From positions 179,792-211,791 of the forward strand of contig NZ_CBDBHW010000006.1 of assembly GCF_965205715.1 (NCBI RefSeq): 32,000 nt of DNA, read 5' to 3'. This stretch comes from Kiloniella sp. Lineage in GTDB: Bacteria > Pseudomonadota > Alphaproteobacteria > Kiloniellales > Kiloniellaceae. The notes below the pieces were generated by a model. It ran no database searches, was not told where the DNA came from, and saw nothing but the letters and a program-made list of their open reading frames with translations. Below are positions 17,652 through 28,616 of this stretch, in pieces (within the stretch, counting starts at the first letter, position 1; each line of letters begins with the position of its first letter). The position numbers and the translations under genes are program-made.

Positions 17652-18197
17652 TCAGTCAGCGAACGGCATGTCGAACCTAGCCAGGAGAGCTTTCGCTTCC
17701 CCGTCGGTTTTCGCCGTGGTGCAGATAGTGATATTCATTCCACGGATTTCGTCTACGCGGTCGTATTCGATTTCCGGGAACACAATCTGCTCCTTGAGAC
17801 CCATGTTATAGTTGCCAAGGCCATCAAATGCATTACCTTTCACGCCGCGAAAATCACGAACACGTGGAAGAGCAATGGTAACAAGACGGTCAAGGAACTC
17901 ATACATGCGATCGCCGCGAAGCGTTACCTTACAGCCTAATGGCATGTTTTCACGAACTTTGAAACCCGCAATGGATTTCTTAGCACGGGTAACGACAGGC
18001 TTCTGAGCTGCGATAGCTTCGAGTTCAGAAGCTGCATTTTTCACCTTTTTGGTGTCCAGCACGGCTTTACCAACGCCCATATTAAGCACGATCTTCTCGA
18101 GCTTAGGAATTTGCATTGGATTAGTGTAGTTAAACTCGCCTTTAAGAGCGTCTCTAACTTCACTGTTGTAATGTGCTTTTAAGCGTGGCTGTGTCAT
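17652..18197 (-). CDS. rplE: 50S ribosomal protein L5
   Basis: 181 aa, ...[18 protein letters not shown]...[31 protein letters not shown]... Confidence 0.97.
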   Translation of the reverse strand: MTQPRLKAHYNSEVRDALKGEFNYTNPMQIPKLEKIVLNMGVGKAVLDTKKVKNAASELEAIAAQKPVVTRAKKSIAGFKVRENMPLGCKVTLRGDRMYEFLDRLVTIALPRVRDFRGVKGNAFDGLGNYNMGLKEQIVFPEIEYDRVDEIRGMNITICTTAKTDGEAKALLARFDMPFAD

Positions 18198-18209
18198 TTC
18201 AACCTCGCC

Positions 18210-18530
18210 CTATACATCTACTACTTCGCCAGATTTTTTGGCGAAGCGCACTTTACGACCGTCTTCTGTACGATAACCAACACGTGTGGCATCTCCAGAT
18301 TTAGGATCGATTAGTGCAATATTAGAAATGTGAACGGAAGCTTCTTGCTCGATGATTCCGCCCGGTGATGTCTGGGAAGCAGCTTGGTGCTTTTTCACGA
18401 CGTTGATACCTTGTACGAGTACACGGTCTTCGTCGCGAAGTACTTTAAGCACTTCGCCCTTTTTTCCCTTGTCGCGACCAGTAGTCATGATGACTTGGTC
18501 GCCTTTTTTGATCTTCAACTTTTTGTTCAT
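18210..18530 (-). CDS. rplX: 50S ribosomal protein L24
   Basis: 106 aa, [30 protein letters not shown] (KOW motif). The start overlaps the rplN stop (TAATG at 18528-18532). Confidence 0.96.
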   Translation of the reverse strand: MNKKLKIKKGDQVIMTTGRDKGKKGEVLKVLRDEDRVLVQGINVVKKHQAASQTSPGGIIEQEASVHISNIALIDPKSGDATRVGYRTEDGRKVRFAKKSGEVVDV

Positions 18531-18898
18531 TACAGCACCTCAGGCGCCAATGACACGATTTTCATGAAGCTGCGCGCACGCAATTCACGAGTAACCGGGC
18601 CGAAAATACGGGTACCAATTGGCTCATTTGATTTGTTAATCAATACAGCCGCATTAGTATCGAAGCGGATCGAGGTGCCGTCTTGACGACGGATTTCTTT
18701 TGCCGTGCGTACAATCACGGCACGATGAACGTCACCTTTTTTGACTTTGCCACGTGGAATTGCTTCCTTGACAGAGACTTTGATAACGTCACCAATACTG
18801 GCGGTTTTACGTTTGGAACCACCAAGCACCTTGATGCACTGTACTCTTCGAGCACCGGAGTTGTCAGCTACTTCGAGCTGAGATTGCATCTGGATCAT
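18530..18898 (-). CDS. rplN: 50S ribosomal protein L14
   Basis: 122 aa, [31 protein letters not shown]... Confidence 0.98.
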   Translation of the reverse strand: MIQMQSQLEVADNSGARRVQCIKVLGGSKRKTASIGDVIKVSVKEAIPRGKVKKGDVHRAVIVRTAKEIRRQDGTSIRFDTNAAVLINKSNEPIGTRIFGPVTRELRARSFMKIVSLAPEVL

Positions 18899-18914
18899 GG
18901 CTATATCCTAAATA

Positions 18915-19160
18915 CTATGCTTCGGTAGAAGCGTCACGGACCAGTTCCCAAGACTTAGTCTTGGAAATTGGACTGCATTCACGAATCTTGACGACATCTC
19001 CCGCTTTTACCGCGTTGGTTTCGTCATGAGCGTGATACTTCTTCGAACGCTTAATGAACTTCTTGTAGATCGGGTGCATAACGCGACGTTCTACAAGAAC
19101 AGTAATGGTCTTGTCGGTCTTATCGCTAACTACGACACCCTGCAACACACGCCGTGGCAT
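18915..19160 (-). CDS. rpsQ: 30S ribosomal protein S17
   Basis: 81 aa, [47 protein letters not shown]... Confidence 0.96.
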   Translation of the reverse strand: MPRRVLQGVVVSDKTDKTITVLVERRVMHPIYKKFIKRSKKYHAHDETNAVKAGDVVKIRECSPISKTKSWELVRDASTEA

Positions 19161-19172
19161 TGTGTAAACTCC

Positions 19173-19367
19173 TTAAGAAGCTGCCTGCAGAGACTGCAGG
19201 ACAGTTTTGACTCGGGCGATGTCACGGCGAACCTGACGGCACCGAGCCGTGTTTTCAAGTTGACCGCTGGCTTGTTGGAAGCGGAGATTGAACTGCTCTT
19301 TGCGCAGTTTAATCATTTCTTCCTTGAGCTCATCAGCCGTTTTAGTACGGAGATCACTTGATTTCAT
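19173..19367 (-). CDS. rpmC: 50S ribosomal protein L29
   Basis: 64 aa, [40 protein letters not shown]... The start overlaps the rplP stop (TAATG). Confidence 0.95.
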   Translation of the reverse strand: MKSSDLRTKTADELKEEMIKLRKEQFNLRFQQASGQLENTARCRQVRRDIARVKTVLQSLQAAS

Positions 19368-19789
19368 TAGTTCACTCCCTCACCCGGACGAACAACAAAT
19401 TTCGTCGGAATTGGTAATTTAGCAGAAGCTAGTGAGAATGCCTCACGAGCAACTTCTAAAGGAACACCATCGAGTTCAAAGATGATACGACCAGGTTTAA
19501 CTCTGGCTGCCCACCACTCAATGTTACCTTTACCTTTACCCTGACGAACCTCAGCAGGTTTTGCTGTTACAGGAACATCTGGGAAAATACGGATCCACAA
19601 CTTACCGACACGTTTCATATGACGTGTAACGGTACGACGGGCCGCTTCGATTTGGCGGGATGAAACACGACCAGGGGCCATGGCTTTTAGACCAAAGGCA
19701 CCAAAATTTAATTGGGTACCCCCCTTAGCATTACCGTGTATCCGGCCTTTAAATGCTTTGCGGAACTTAGTCCGCTTAGGCTGTAGCAT
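19367..19789 (-). CDS. rplP: 50S ribosomal protein L16
   Basis: 140 aa, [36 protein letters not shown]... Confidence 0.98.
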   Translation of the reverse strand: MLQPKRTKFRKAFKGRIHGNAKGGTQLNFGAFGLKAMAPGRVSSRQIEAARRTVTRHMKRVGKLWIRIFPDVPVTAKPAEVRQGKGKGNIEWWAARVKPGRIIFELDGVPLEVAREAFSLASAKLPIPTKFVVRPGEGVN

Positions 19790-19815
19790 AGTTCTACTTC
19801 CTCAAGCTAAGCTCG

Positions 19816-20496
19816 TTACGAACGAGCTGCCTGTGAATCCTGAGCTCGTTTATCCATGGCCATTGGGTCATGTTCCATGATCTCGCCTTTGAAGATCCAT
19901 ACCTTCACACCACAAATACCGAATGTGGTGGATGCACGGGACTCAGCGTAATCAACTTCCGCACGCAATGTGTGAAGTGGAACACGGCCTTCACGATACC
20001 ATTCAGTCCGAGCAATCTCTGCACCACCAAGACGGCCAGCACAGTTAATACGAATACCCTGTGCGCCGAGACGCATAGCGGATTGAACGGAACGTTTCAT
20101 AGCACGACGAAAAGCCACACGACGTTCTAACTGACTACAGATGTTGTCTGCAACCAATTTCGCATCTATTTCTGGCTTCCGAATCTCTACGATGTTCAGA
20201 TGGACTTCGCTAGAAGTCAATTTCTGAAGTTCACGACGTAGTTTTTCGATATCCGAACCCTTCTTACCAATCACAACACCCGGACGGGCAGTGTAAATAG
20301 TAACGCGGGCTTTTTTAGCTGGACGCTCGATAATGATCCGAGACACACCAGCTTGTTTCAAGCGATTACGCAAGAACTCACGGATGCTTAGATCTTCATG
20401 AAGCAATTCAGCATAATCAGAATCCGCAAACCAGCGAGAATCCCAGGTCCGAATGATACCGACACGAAGGCCGATAGGATTAATCTTTTGACCCAT
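19816..20496 (-). CDS. rpsC: 30S ribosomal protein S3
   Basis: 226 aa, [24 protein letters not shown]... (KH domain). The start overlaps the rplV stop (TAATG). Confidence 0.98.
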   Translation of the reverse strand: MGQKINPIGLRVGIIRTWDSRWFADSDYAELLHEDLSIREFLRNRLKQAGVSRIIIERPAKKARVTIYTARPGVVIGKKGSDIEKLRRELQKLTSSEVHLNIVEIRKPEIDAKLVADNICSQLERRVAFRRAMKRSVQSAMRLGAQGIRINCAGRLGGAEIARTEWYREGRVPLHTLRAEVDYAESRASTTFGICGVKVWIFKGEIMEHDPMAMDKRAQDSQAARS

Positions 20497-20876
20497 TACG
20501 CTGTCTCCTCGCGTTCACGGACAACCACTGTCAATTGGCTCCAAGGCTTAAGCAGACGACCAACACGGCCGCGAGCACGAGCACGGAAACGCTTCATGAC
20601 AAAGCTTTTACCAACGAAAGCCTCAGATACAAAGAGACGATCGACGTCAAGCTGGTGGTTATTTTCAGCATTAGCAATTGCAGACTGAAGTGCTTTTTTC
20701 ACCTCAATAGCAATACGACGCTTGGAGAAAGTCAGCTCTGCCAAAGCAGATTCTGCTGATTTCCCACGAATGCTAGCCGCAACCAAGTTTAACTTACGTG
20801 GTGAAGTGCGAAGGTTGACAGCAATAGCACGAGCTTCATTGTCAGCTAACGCGCGATCACGTTTTGACTTACTCAT
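20496..20876 (-). CDS. rplV: 50S ribosomal protein L22
   Basis: 126 aa, ...[34 protein letters not shown]... Confidence 0.96.
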   Translation of the reverse strand: MSKSKRDRALADNEARAIAVNLRTSPRKLNLVAASIRGKSAESALAELTFSKRRIAIEVKKALQSAIANAENNHQLDVDRLFVSEAFVGKSFVMKRFRARARGRVGRLLKPWSQLTVVVREREETA

Positions 20877-20877
20877 A

Positions 20878-21156
20878 TTATTTCCTCTTCGCCTTCTTAT
20901 CTACAGCGTGACCCCAATAGGTACGTGTAGGCGCGAATTCACCGAATTTATGGCCAACCATATTCTCAGTTACTAGAACTGGGATGTGCTTACGGCCGTT
21001 GTACACACCAAAAGTCAAACCAACAAACTGTGGCATGATGGTGGAACGACGGGACCATGTCTTAATAATTTCGTTACGACCCGCGCTACGCACGGTCTCA
21101 GCCTTCTTTAAAAGATAGGCGTCAACAAACGGGCCTTTCCAAACGGAACGAGCCAT
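20878..21156 (-). CDS. rpsS: 30S ribosomal protein S19
   Basis: 92 aa, [18 protein letters not shown]...[15 protein letters not shown]. Confidence 0.98.
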   Translation of the reverse strand: MARSVWKGPFVDAYLLKKAETVRSAGRNEIIKTWSRRSTIMPQFVGLTFGVYNGRKHIPVLVTENMVGHKFGEFAPTRTYWGHAVDKKAKRK

Positions 21157-21172
21157 ATGGCCATCCCCTCAC

Positions 21173-22003
21173 TTAGCGTTTTTGATGACGGCGACGGATA
21201 ATTAGTCCATCGGTCTTCTTGTTAGAGCGAGTACGTGCACCCTTGGTAGGTTTCCCCCAAGGAGTGACCGGGTGGCGACCACCCGAAGTACGACCTTCAC
21301 CACCACCGTGCGGGTGGTCCACCGGGTTCATAGCTACACCACGGACCGAAGGACGCTTGCCAAGCCAGCGATTACGCCCAGCTTTACCAAGTTTCTGATT
21401 CGAATTGTCCGGGTTAGACACGGATCCAACCGTAGCCATGCATTCGGCGCGTACCATACGTACCTCGCCAGAGTTCAAGCGAATTTGGGCATATCCTGCA
21501 TCGCGACCAACCAATTGTACATAAGTACCGGCTGAACGAGCAATCTGCCCACCCTTACCAGCCTTTAACTCGACATTGTGGACAATAGTTCCCACAGGAA
21601 TCGCGCTAAGTGGCATAGCATTACCAGGCTTAACATCAGTTTTAGCGCCAGAAATGACACTATCACCGACCTGCAGGCGCTGAGGAGCCAAGATATAGGC
21701 TTGCTCACCATCTGCATATTCGATTAAGGCGATAAACGCCGTACGGTTCGGATCGTACTCAATACGCTGAACTGTACCAGCAACATCAAACTTTGTACGT
21801 TTGAAGTCGATAATACGGTACGAACGTTTGTGACCACCGCCGCGACGGCGCATGGTGATCCGACCATTGTTATTACGTCCACCTGATTTTGTAAGGCCTT
21901 CTGTCAATTTCTTAACAGGCTTGCCTTTGTAAAGATCAGAGCGATCGATCAGCACCAGGTTTCTTTGACTTGGTGTGACTGGATTAAATGTTTTCAACGC
22001 CAT
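21173..22003 (-). CDS. rplB: 50S ribosomal protein L2
   Basis: 276 aa, [22 protein letters not shown]...[33 protein letters not shown]. Confidence 0.98.
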   Translation of the reverse strand: MALKTFNPVTPSQRNLVLIDRSDLYKGKPVKKLTEGLTKSGGRNNNGRITMRRRGGGHKRSYRIIDFKRTKFDVAGTVQRIEYDPNRTAFIALIEYADGEQAYILAPQRLQVGDSVISGAKTDVKPGNAMPLSAIPVGTIVHNVELKAGKGGQIARSAGTYVQLVGRDAGYAQIRLNSGEVRMVRAECMATVGSVSNPDNSNQKLGKAGRNRWLGKRPSVRGVAMNPVDHPHGGGEGRTSGGRHPVTPWGKPTKGARTRSNKKTDGLIIRRRHQKR

Positions 22004-22007
22004 CGGA

Positions 22008-22340
22008 TTAAATTCCCGTCGTCACGTCGATGCTGTCCCCGTCGGACAGGGAAACAATAGCCTTCTTGACGTCTGAACGACGACCAGGGCGACCTTTAAA
22101 ACGTTTGCTTTTGCCTTTAACGCGAAGCGTATTAATCGCTTCAACCTTAACGCCAAACAAACCTTCAATGGCCAAACTGATTTCAGGCTTAGTTGCATCA
22201 AGCGGAACTTGGAAGGAAACCTGGTTGTTCTCAGAACCCAGAGTAGCCTTCTCGGTGATGACCGGACGACGGATGATTTCATACATCCGTTCTTTAGAAA
22301 TGGTCACCGGCTTGGTGTTACGTGCGCGTGCTCTGCTCAT
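22008..22340 (-). CDS. rplW: 50S ribosomal protein L23
   Basis: 110 aa, ...[29 protein letters not shown]... The ATG at 22340 forms an ATGA overlap with the rplD stop, which supports the slightly long N-terminus. Confidence 0.94.
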   Translation of the reverse strand: MSRARARNTKPVTISKERMYEIIRRPVITEKATLGSENNQVSFQVPLDATKPEISLAIEGLFGVKVEAINTLRVKGKSKRFKGRPGRRSDVKKAIVSLSDGDSIDVTTGI

Positions 22341-22954
22341 TTTAGACGCGCCTCCAGCGCTTCAACAGCATCTTTGGTCAGAACCAGAGTGTCGCGACGC
22401 AAGATATCAAATACGTTAGCACCCTGCTGAGGCAGAATGTCAATGCATGGGATATTGCGTGAAGCACGAGCAAAACCTTCATTCACCGTTGCTCCATCGA
22501 TAACCAGAGCTGAAGACCAACCCAAAGCTGCCAATTTCTTAACGAGAATAGAAGTCTTTGGTTCTTTGACTTCAGTGTTATCCAAAACAATCAACTTACC
22601 TTCTGCAACTTTTGCAGAAAGAGCTGTCTTAAGAGCAAGAATACGTACTTTCTTCGGAAGATCGTGTGAGTGATCCTGAACGCGAGGTCCATGAACAATA
22701 CCACCACCACGGAAGATGTTAGCACGAATAGAACCGTGACGGGCGCCGCCACCTTTCTGATTCTTGATCTTACGGGTTGAGCCGCGAACTTCGCCGCGTT
22801 CTTTAACCTTGTGAGTGCCAGCACGACGCTTGGCAAGCTGATAGTTGACCATGCGTGCGAGTAAATCAGCACGTACAGGAAGACCGAAAATAGTTTCGTT
22901 CAGTTCAACTTCACCAGCTTTTTTGTTCTCGAGGGATGTAACCGCGATTTTCAT
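22337..22954 (-). CDS. rplD: 50S ribosomal protein L4
   Basis: 205 aa, ...[44 protein letters not shown].. Confidence 0.97.
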   Translation of the reverse strand: MKIAVTSLENKKAGEVELNETIFGLPVRADLLARMVNYQLAKRRAGTHKVKERGEVRGSTRKIKNQKGGGARHGSIRANIFRGGGIVHGPRVQDHSHDLPKKVRILALKTALSAKVAEGKLIVLDNTEVKEPKTSILVKKLAALGWSSALVIDGATVNEGFARASRNIPCIDILPQQGANVFDILRRDTLVLTKDAVEALEARLK

Positions 22955-22956
22955 GG

Positions 22957-23670
22957 TTATTGATCCTTCTCTTCAGCTGCAGGCGCATCAGAGCCAGAAG
23001 CCTTAAGGCCAGCTGGGAACGGAACACCTTCGGGAAGGGCACGCTTTACAGCATCGGCGATGTACACCCAACCACCCTTAGATCCAGGGATAGCACCCTT
23101 GACCAGGATCAGGCCGTTATCACCATCAGTGGCAACAACTTCCAGGTTCTGTGTAGTCACGCGACGGTCACCCATGTGACCAGCCATTTTCTTACCTTTA
23201 AACACCTTGCCCGGATCCTGACTGTTACCAGTAGAACCGTGACTACGGTGAGAAACAGATACACCGTGAGTAGCACGAAGACCGCCAAAATTATGACGCT
23301 TCATTGCACCAGCAAAACCTTTACCGATAGAAGTCCCGGTAACGTCTACATACTGACCAGCAACAAAGTGGCCTGCATCGAGCTCAACGCCGACTTCCAA
23401 AAGGGCATCAGCGGAAACGCGGAATTCTGCAGTGTGTTTTTTAGGAGCAACTTTAGCTTTGGCATAGTGGCCACGCTCAGCTTTACTCACATTTTTCACC
23501 TTGGCTACACCAGAGCCAAGCTGAATCGCAGTGTAACCATCCGTATCTTGTGTACGAACAGCAACAACCTGACAACTGTCGAGCTTCAGAACAGTTACCG
23601 GAACATCAGTTCCAGATTCTGTGAAGACACGAGACATGCCAAGTTTTTGCGCAATAAGACCAGTACGCAT
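22957..23670 (-). CDS. rplC: 50S ribosomal protein L3
   Basis: 237 aa, [28 protein letters not shown]...[29 protein letters not shown]. Confidence 0.98.
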   Translation of the reverse strand: MRTGLIAQKLGMSRVFTESGTDVPVTVLKLDSCQVVAVRTQDTDGYTAIQLGSGVAKVKNVSKAERGHYAKAKVAPKKHTAEFRVSADALLEVGVELDAGHFVAGQYVDVTGTSIGKGFAGAMKRHNFGGLRATHGVSVSHRSHGSTGNSQDPGKVFKGKKMAGHMGDRRVTTQNLEVVATDGDNGLILVKGAIPGSKGGWVYIADAVKRALPEGVPFPAGLKASGSDAPAAEEKDQ

Positions 23671-23673
23671 CGC

Positions 23674-23988
23674 TTAGCCTTTCAGTTTGATCTCGACATC
23701 AACGCCAGCCGCTAGATCGAGCTTCATCAGCGCGTCAACGGTTTGCGGTGTCGGCTCGACGATATCGATAAGACGCTTGTGAGTCCGAATCTCGAACTGT
23801 TCACGGCTTTTCTTATCAACGTGAGGGCCACGCAATACAGTAAATTTCTCAATGCGAGTCGGAAGTGGTATTGGACCACGAACTTGAGCGCCAGTGCGCT
23901 TAGCCGTGCCAACGATCTCAGAGGTCGATTGGTCTAGGACCCTGTGATCATACGCCTTTAGGCGAATTCTAATATTCTGGCTGGACAT
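23674..23988 (-). CDS. rpsJ: 30S ribosomal protein S10
   Basis: 104 aa, [44 protein letters not shown]... Confidence 0.98.
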   Translation of the reverse strand: MSSQNIRIRLKAYDHRVLDQSTSEIVGTAKRTGAQVRGPIPLPTRIEKFTVLRGPHVDKKSREQFEIRTHKRLIDIVEPTPQTVDALMKLDLAAGVDVEIKLKG

Positions 23989-24078
23989 TATCAGCCACCC
24001 TTGATTAACCCGTTCATACCAAATCGATAGAGGAACGCAGTTAACCCCTTTCAGAGTTAATACAGATATTTGTCACAT

Positions 24079-24124
24079 AAAAAAATAGCGACGGTGCGTT
24101 CTTTACCAAAACGCACCGCCGCTA
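24079..24124 (-). terminator. Intrinsic terminator downstream of tuf (end of the str operon)
   Basis: Minus strand, about 20 nt after the tuf stop, reads UAGCGGCGGUGCGUU-UUGGUAAAG-AACGCACCGUCGCUA followed by U7. The stem is 15 bp with one G-U pair. Confidence 0.85.
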
Positions 24125-24145
24125 TCAATGTTTATTTTATTTTTT

Positions 24146-25336
24146 TTATTTTGAGATGCTTGAAACGACACCAGCACCAACGGTACGGCCGCCTTCACGG
24201 ATCGCAAAACGTAGACCTTCAGTCATCGCGATTGGTGCGATAAGCTCAACGTCCATAGCAATGTTATCACCAGGCATAACCATTTCTGTGCCTTCTGGCA
24301 GAGTAACGATACCGGTAACGTCAGTTGTACGGAAGTAGAACTGTGGACGATAGTTTGTGAAGAATGGTGTGTGACGACCACCTTCTTCTTTCGTCAGAAT
24401 GTAGGCTTCAGCTTTGAAGTTGGTGTGCGGAGTAATCGTTCCTGGCTTAGCAAGAACCTGACCACGCTCAACGTCTTCACGACCAACACCACGGATAAGA
24501 GCACCGATGTTATCGCCAGCCTCACCCTGATCAAGAAGCTTACGGAACATCTCAACACCAGTACAAGTGGTTTTCTGAGTGTCACGGATACCAACGATCT
24601 CGATCTCTTCACCAACCTTAACAACACCTGTCTCAACACGACCGGTTACAACTGTACCACGACCGGAAATTGAGAACACGTCTTCGATAGGCATTAGGAA
24701 TGACTGATCAACTGGACGCTCTGGCTGTGGGATAGCGGCATCAACGGCAGCCATCAGCTCAAGAATTTTCTCTTTACCGATGTTGTCGTCACGACCTTCT
24801 AGAGCTGCAAGAGCTGAACCAGCTACGATCGGAAGATCATCGCCTGGGAAGTCGTAAGAAGATAGAAGCTCACGGATTTCCATTTCAACGAGCTCGAGAA
24901 GCTCTTCGTCGTCAACCTGATCAACTTTGTTCAAGAAAACAACAAGTGCTGGAACACCAACCTGACGGGCAAGCAAGATGTGCTCACGTGTCTGTGGCAT
25001 TGGACCATCAGCTGCGTTAACAACCAAGATAGCGCCATCCATCTGCGCAGCACCAGTGATCATGTTCTTAACATAATCGGCGTGGCCTGGGCAATCAACG
25101 TGCGCATAGTGACGTGCTTCTGTTTCATACTCAACGTGAGCAGTAGAAATGGTGATACCACGGGCACGCTCTTCAGGTGCTTTATCGATATCTGCAAAAT
25201 CAGTCGCTTCGCCACCACTTGCTTCTGCCAATACTTTCGTAATCGCAGCAGTAAGAGTTGTCTTACCGTGGTCAACGTGACCAATAGTACCTACGTTACA
25301 ATGCGGTTTCGTCCGCTCAAACTTTTCCTTAGCCAT
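24146..25336 (-). CDS. tuf: Translation elongation factor Tu
   Basis: 396 aa, [34 protein letters not shown]... AGGAG SD lies in the 36-nt spacer after fusA. Confidence 0.99.
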   Translation of the reverse strand: MAKEKFERTKPHCNVGTIGHVDHGKTTLTAAITKVLAEASGGEATDFADIDKAPEERARGITISTAHVEYETEARHYAHVDCPGHADYVKNMITGAAQMDGAILVVNAADGPMPQTREHILLARQVGVPALVVFLNKVDQVDDEELLELVEMEIRELLSSYDFPGDDLPIVAGSALAALEGRDDNIGKEKILELMAAVDAAIPQPERPVDQSFLMPIEDVFSISGRGTVVTGRVETGVVKVGEEIEIVGIRDTQKTTCTGVEMFRKLLDQGEAGDNIGALIRGVGREDVERGQVLAKPGTITPHTNFKAEAYILTKEEGGRHTPFFTNYRPQFYFRTTDVTGIVTLPEGTEMVMPGDNIAMDVELIAPIAMTEGLRFAIREGGRTVGAGVVSSISK

Positions 25337-25372
25337 CGGCTATAACTCCTATTTTAGTCTTTTAAGAGGCCG

Positions 25373-27448
25373 TTAAGCCAGTTTTGCCACTACTTCATCA
25401 GCTACCGCTTTCGGTACCTGTTCATAGTGATCGAAGACCATTGAATATTGTGCACGACCCTGGCTCATTGAGCGCAGGTTATTAACGTAACCAAACATGT
25501 TTGCCAAAGGCACCATTGCGTTGATCACCTGAGCGTTACCGCGTGCATCCATGCCCTGAACTTGACCGCGACGGCTGTTCAGATCACCAATGATATCACC
25601 CATGTACTCATCAGGAGTAACAACTTCCACCTTCATGACAGGCTCAAGAAGAACGGAACCGCCCTTCGGGATACCTTCACGGAAAGCCGCTTTAGCAGCG
25701 ATTTCAAAGGCAAGTACTGATGAATCGACATCGTGGCTAGCACCATCAAGCAGCGTAGCTTTGTAATCGATCATCGGGAAACCCGCGATCACACCAGCAT
25801 CGTTAGACTGTGTAAGTCCTTTTTCAACACCAGGGATGTATTCACGAGGAACAGAACCACCAACAATTTTGCTTTCGAATTCGAAACCTGAACCAGGCTC
25901 CAAAGGCTCAAATGCAATCTTGATACGCGCAAACTGACCAGAACCACCAGACTGTTTCTTATGCGTGTAATCGATTTCACATGCACGTGTAATCGTTTCA
26001 CGATAAGCAACCTGTGGAGCACCAACGTTCGCTTCAACTTTAAACTCGCGACGCATACGGTCGACAAGAATATCAAGGTGAAGTTCGCCCATACCCTTAA
26101 TTACAGTTTGGCCACTTTCGTTATCAGAAGATACACGGAAAGAAGGATCTTCCTGAGCCAAACGATTAAGAGCTAGGCCCATTTTTTCTTGGTCAGCTTT
26201 TGTTTTTGGTTCAACAGCAACTTCGATAACAGGCTCTGGGAATTCCATACGCTCAAGAATAATTGGCTTGAGGTTATCACAGAGAGTGTCACCAGTTGTT
26301 GTATCCTTAAGACCGGCAATCGCAACGATATCACCAGCGCGAGCTTCTTTAACATCTTCGCGGCTGTTTGCGTGCATTTGCAGCATACGGCCGATACGTT
26401 CGCGCTTACCCTTAACAGAGTTTGTGATCTGAGTACCTGTTTCGAGGATACCAGAATAAACACGTACGAAAGTCAAAGAACCCACGAATGGATCCGTCAT
26501 GATTTTGAAAGCCAGAGCAGAAGCTGGTACGTCGTCTTTTGTCGGACGGGTGTCTTCTTTCTCTGTATCAGGGTGAACACCCTGAACATCTTCAACATCA
26601 AGCGGAGATGGCATGAAGTCAATCACAGCATCAAGCAAAGGTTGAACACCTTTGTTTTTGAAAGCCGTACCATTGAGAACAGGAACGAAAGCCAGGTTCA
26701 TTGTACCTGTACGGATACAACGTTTCAGCGTTTCCATATCAGGCTCATTGCCTTCTAGGTACGCTTCCATAACGGCTTCGTCTTGCTCAACAGCAAGTTC
26801 CATCATCTTTTCACGGTACTCATTGGCTTTATCAACCAAATCTGCAGGAATTTCTTCCTCGTCATAGTTTGCTCCCATGCTTTCGTCATTCCAGACGATA
26901 GCTTTCATTTTGAGCAAATCAATAACGCCTTTGTATTCTGCTTCTGCACCAATCGGCAGCTGAAGAACCATAGGGGTTGCAGCTAGACGAGTAACCATCA
27001 TATCGACACAGCGATAAAAATCTGCGCCAGTACGGTCCATCTTATTGACGAAACACATACGAGGAACAGCGTATTTATCAGCCTGACGCCAAACAGTCTC
27101 TGATTGAGGCTCAACACCAGCAACCGAGTCAAAGACAGCCACAGCACCATCGAGAACACGCAGAGAACGTTCTACTTCAATAGTGAAGTCAACGTGACCA
27201 GGCGTATCAATGATGTTGATCCGATGATCATTCCAGAAACAGGTTGTTGCAGCTGAGGTAATTGTAATACCACGCTCTTGCTCCTGCTCCATCCAGTCCA
27301 TAGTCGCATTACCGTCGTGAACCTCACCAATTTTGTGAGAAACACCCGTATAATACAAAATACGTTCTGTAGTCGTTGTTTTACCAGCATCAATGTGTGC
27401 CATGATACCAATATTACGATACCGCTCAAGCGGGGTCGTCCGAGACAT
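25373..27448 (-). CDS. fusA: Translation elongation factor G
   Basis: 691 aa, ...[26 protein letters not shown]... Confidence 0.99.
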   Translation of the reverse strand: MSRTTPLERYRNIGIMAHIDAGKTTTTERILYYTGVSHKIGEVHDGNATMDWMEQEQERGITITSAATTCFWNDHRINIIDTPGHVDFTIEVERSLRVLDGAVAVFDSVAGVEPQSETVWRQADKYAVPRMCFVNKMDRTGADFYRCVDMMVTRLAATPMVLQLPIGAEAEYKGVIDLLKMKAIVWNDESMGANYDEEEIPADLVDKANEYREKMMELAVEQDEAVMEAYLEGNEPDMETLKRCIRTGTMNLAFVPVLNGTAFKNKGVQPLLDAVIDFMPSPLDVEDVQGVHPDTEKEDTRPTKDDVPASALAFKIMTDPFVGSLTFVRVYSGILETGTQITNSVKGKRERIGRMLQMHANSREDVKEARAGDIVAIAGLKDTTTGDTLCDNLKPIILERMEFPEPVIEVAVEPKTKADQEKMGLALNRLAQEDPSFRVSSDNESGQTVIKGMGELHLDILVDRMRREFKVEANVGAPQVAYRETITRACEIDYTHKKQSGGSGQFARIKIAFEPLEPGSGFEFESKIVGGSVPREYIPGVEKGLTQSNDAGVIAGFPMIDYKATLLDGASHDVDSSVLAFEIAAKAAFREGIPKGGSVLLEPVMKVEVVTPDEYMGDIIGDLNSRRGQVQGMDARGNAQVINAMVPLANMFGYVNNLRSMSQGRAQYSMVFDHYEQVPKAVADEVVAKLA

Positions 27449-27466
27449 AACGATGACCTTTTTAAA

Positions 27467-27955
<489 letters not shown>

Positions 27956-28327
27956 TTACTTCGGACGCTTCGCGCCGTATTTTGAACGACGTTGGCGACG
28001 ATCTTTGACACCCTGGGTATCCAGAGTACCACGAATTACGTGATAACGAACACCAGGCAAATCCTTCACACGACCGCCGCGAATCATCACGACAGAGTGC
28101 TCTTGAAGGTTATGACCTTCGCCTGGAATGTAACTAGTAACTTCAAACCCGTTGGTAAGACGCACACGTGCGACTTTACGAAGAGCGGAGTTAGGTTTTT
28201 TTGGCGTCGTGGTATAAACACGAGTACATACGCCACGTTTTTGTGGGCATGATTCTAGCGCCGGTACTTTGGTCCGTTTAAACGGCGTTTTGCGCGGATT
28301 ACGGATCAATTGGTTAATTGTAGGCAT
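27956..28327 (-). CDS. rpsL: 30S ribosomal protein S12
   Basis: The ORF-track start at 28402 is over-extended. The universally conserved N-terminus [13 protein letters not shown] starts at ATG 28327, with AAGGA 7 nt upstream. This gives 123 aa. Confidence 0.97.
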   Translation of the reverse strand: MPTINQLIRNPRKTPFKRTKVPALESCPQKRGVCTRVYTTTPKKPNSALRKVARVRLTNGFEVTSYIPGEGHNLQEHSVVMIRGGRVKDLPGVRYHVIRGTLDTQGVKDRRQRRSKYGAKRPK

Positions 28328-28484
28328 CAGGCAATCCTTAAAGCCAGTATTTACAGTACTAATTGTCACGCGGTGGATAATATCGTCCCGCGGACAGCTC
28401 ATCCTGTGTAACAGCTAGAAAACTAACGTTTCGAGTCTTTTGCTCACACCTGACGGCAGGAGCTAAATTCCCGAAAGTGGGCGC

Positions 28485-28513
28485 ATACTATTGTCGCGTC
28501 CACCAACCGTCAA
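28485..28513 (-). promoter_or_regulatory. Candidate sigma70-type promoter of the str operon: TTGACG-N17-TAGTAT
   Basis: The minus strand reads TTGACG (28513-28508), a 17-nt spacer, then TAGTAT (28490-28485). An A/T-rich stretch (AAAAATTCATT) lies just upstream, immediately after the rpoC terminator. The predicted leader to rpsL is about 150 nt. Confidence 0.6.
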
Positions 28514-28541
28514 GCCTTGCAATGAATTTTTGACGGTTCTT

Positions 28542-28587
28542 ATAAAATCCCGGTCCAGAAACGCAGTTTACTGCGGTTCTGGACCGG
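28542..28587 (-). terminator. Intrinsic terminator downstream of rpoC
   Basis: Minus strand, about 30 nt after the rpoC stop, reads CCGGUCCAGAACCGCAG-UAAA-CUGCGUUUCUGGACCGG followed by GAUUUUAUA. The stem has 16 bp plus one internal mismatch. T-rich sequence on the opposite side makes the element look symmetric. Confidence 0.75.
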
Positions 28588-28616
28588 ACTTTTTATTCTC
28601 TACCCTAAGAAGTAAA

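Noticed and set aside
22960-23715. 251-aa plus-strand ORF antisense to rplC. Similar long antisense ORFs lie at 1451-2152, 16469-17029, 26189-26758, 28491-29180 and 30495-31067.
   Set aside because: The same codon-bias artefact applies. Each is fully nested opposite a confidently identified conserved gene. None has a plausible SD or a recognisable domain.
23989-24078. S10-operon promoter candidates (GTGACA...; TTAACT-N17-TGGTAT)
   Set aside because: The matches to consensus are too weak to report as a feature. The issue is kept only as an open question in the findings.
27956-28402. N-terminally extended ORF-track calls for rpsL (28402), rpsM (12503), rplO (15233) and the pseudouridine synthase (5757)
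   Set aside because: The conserved family N-termini ([30 protein letters not shown]) and SD sequences sit at internal start codons. The extensions have no SD, overlap upstream genes, or read through leader RNA.
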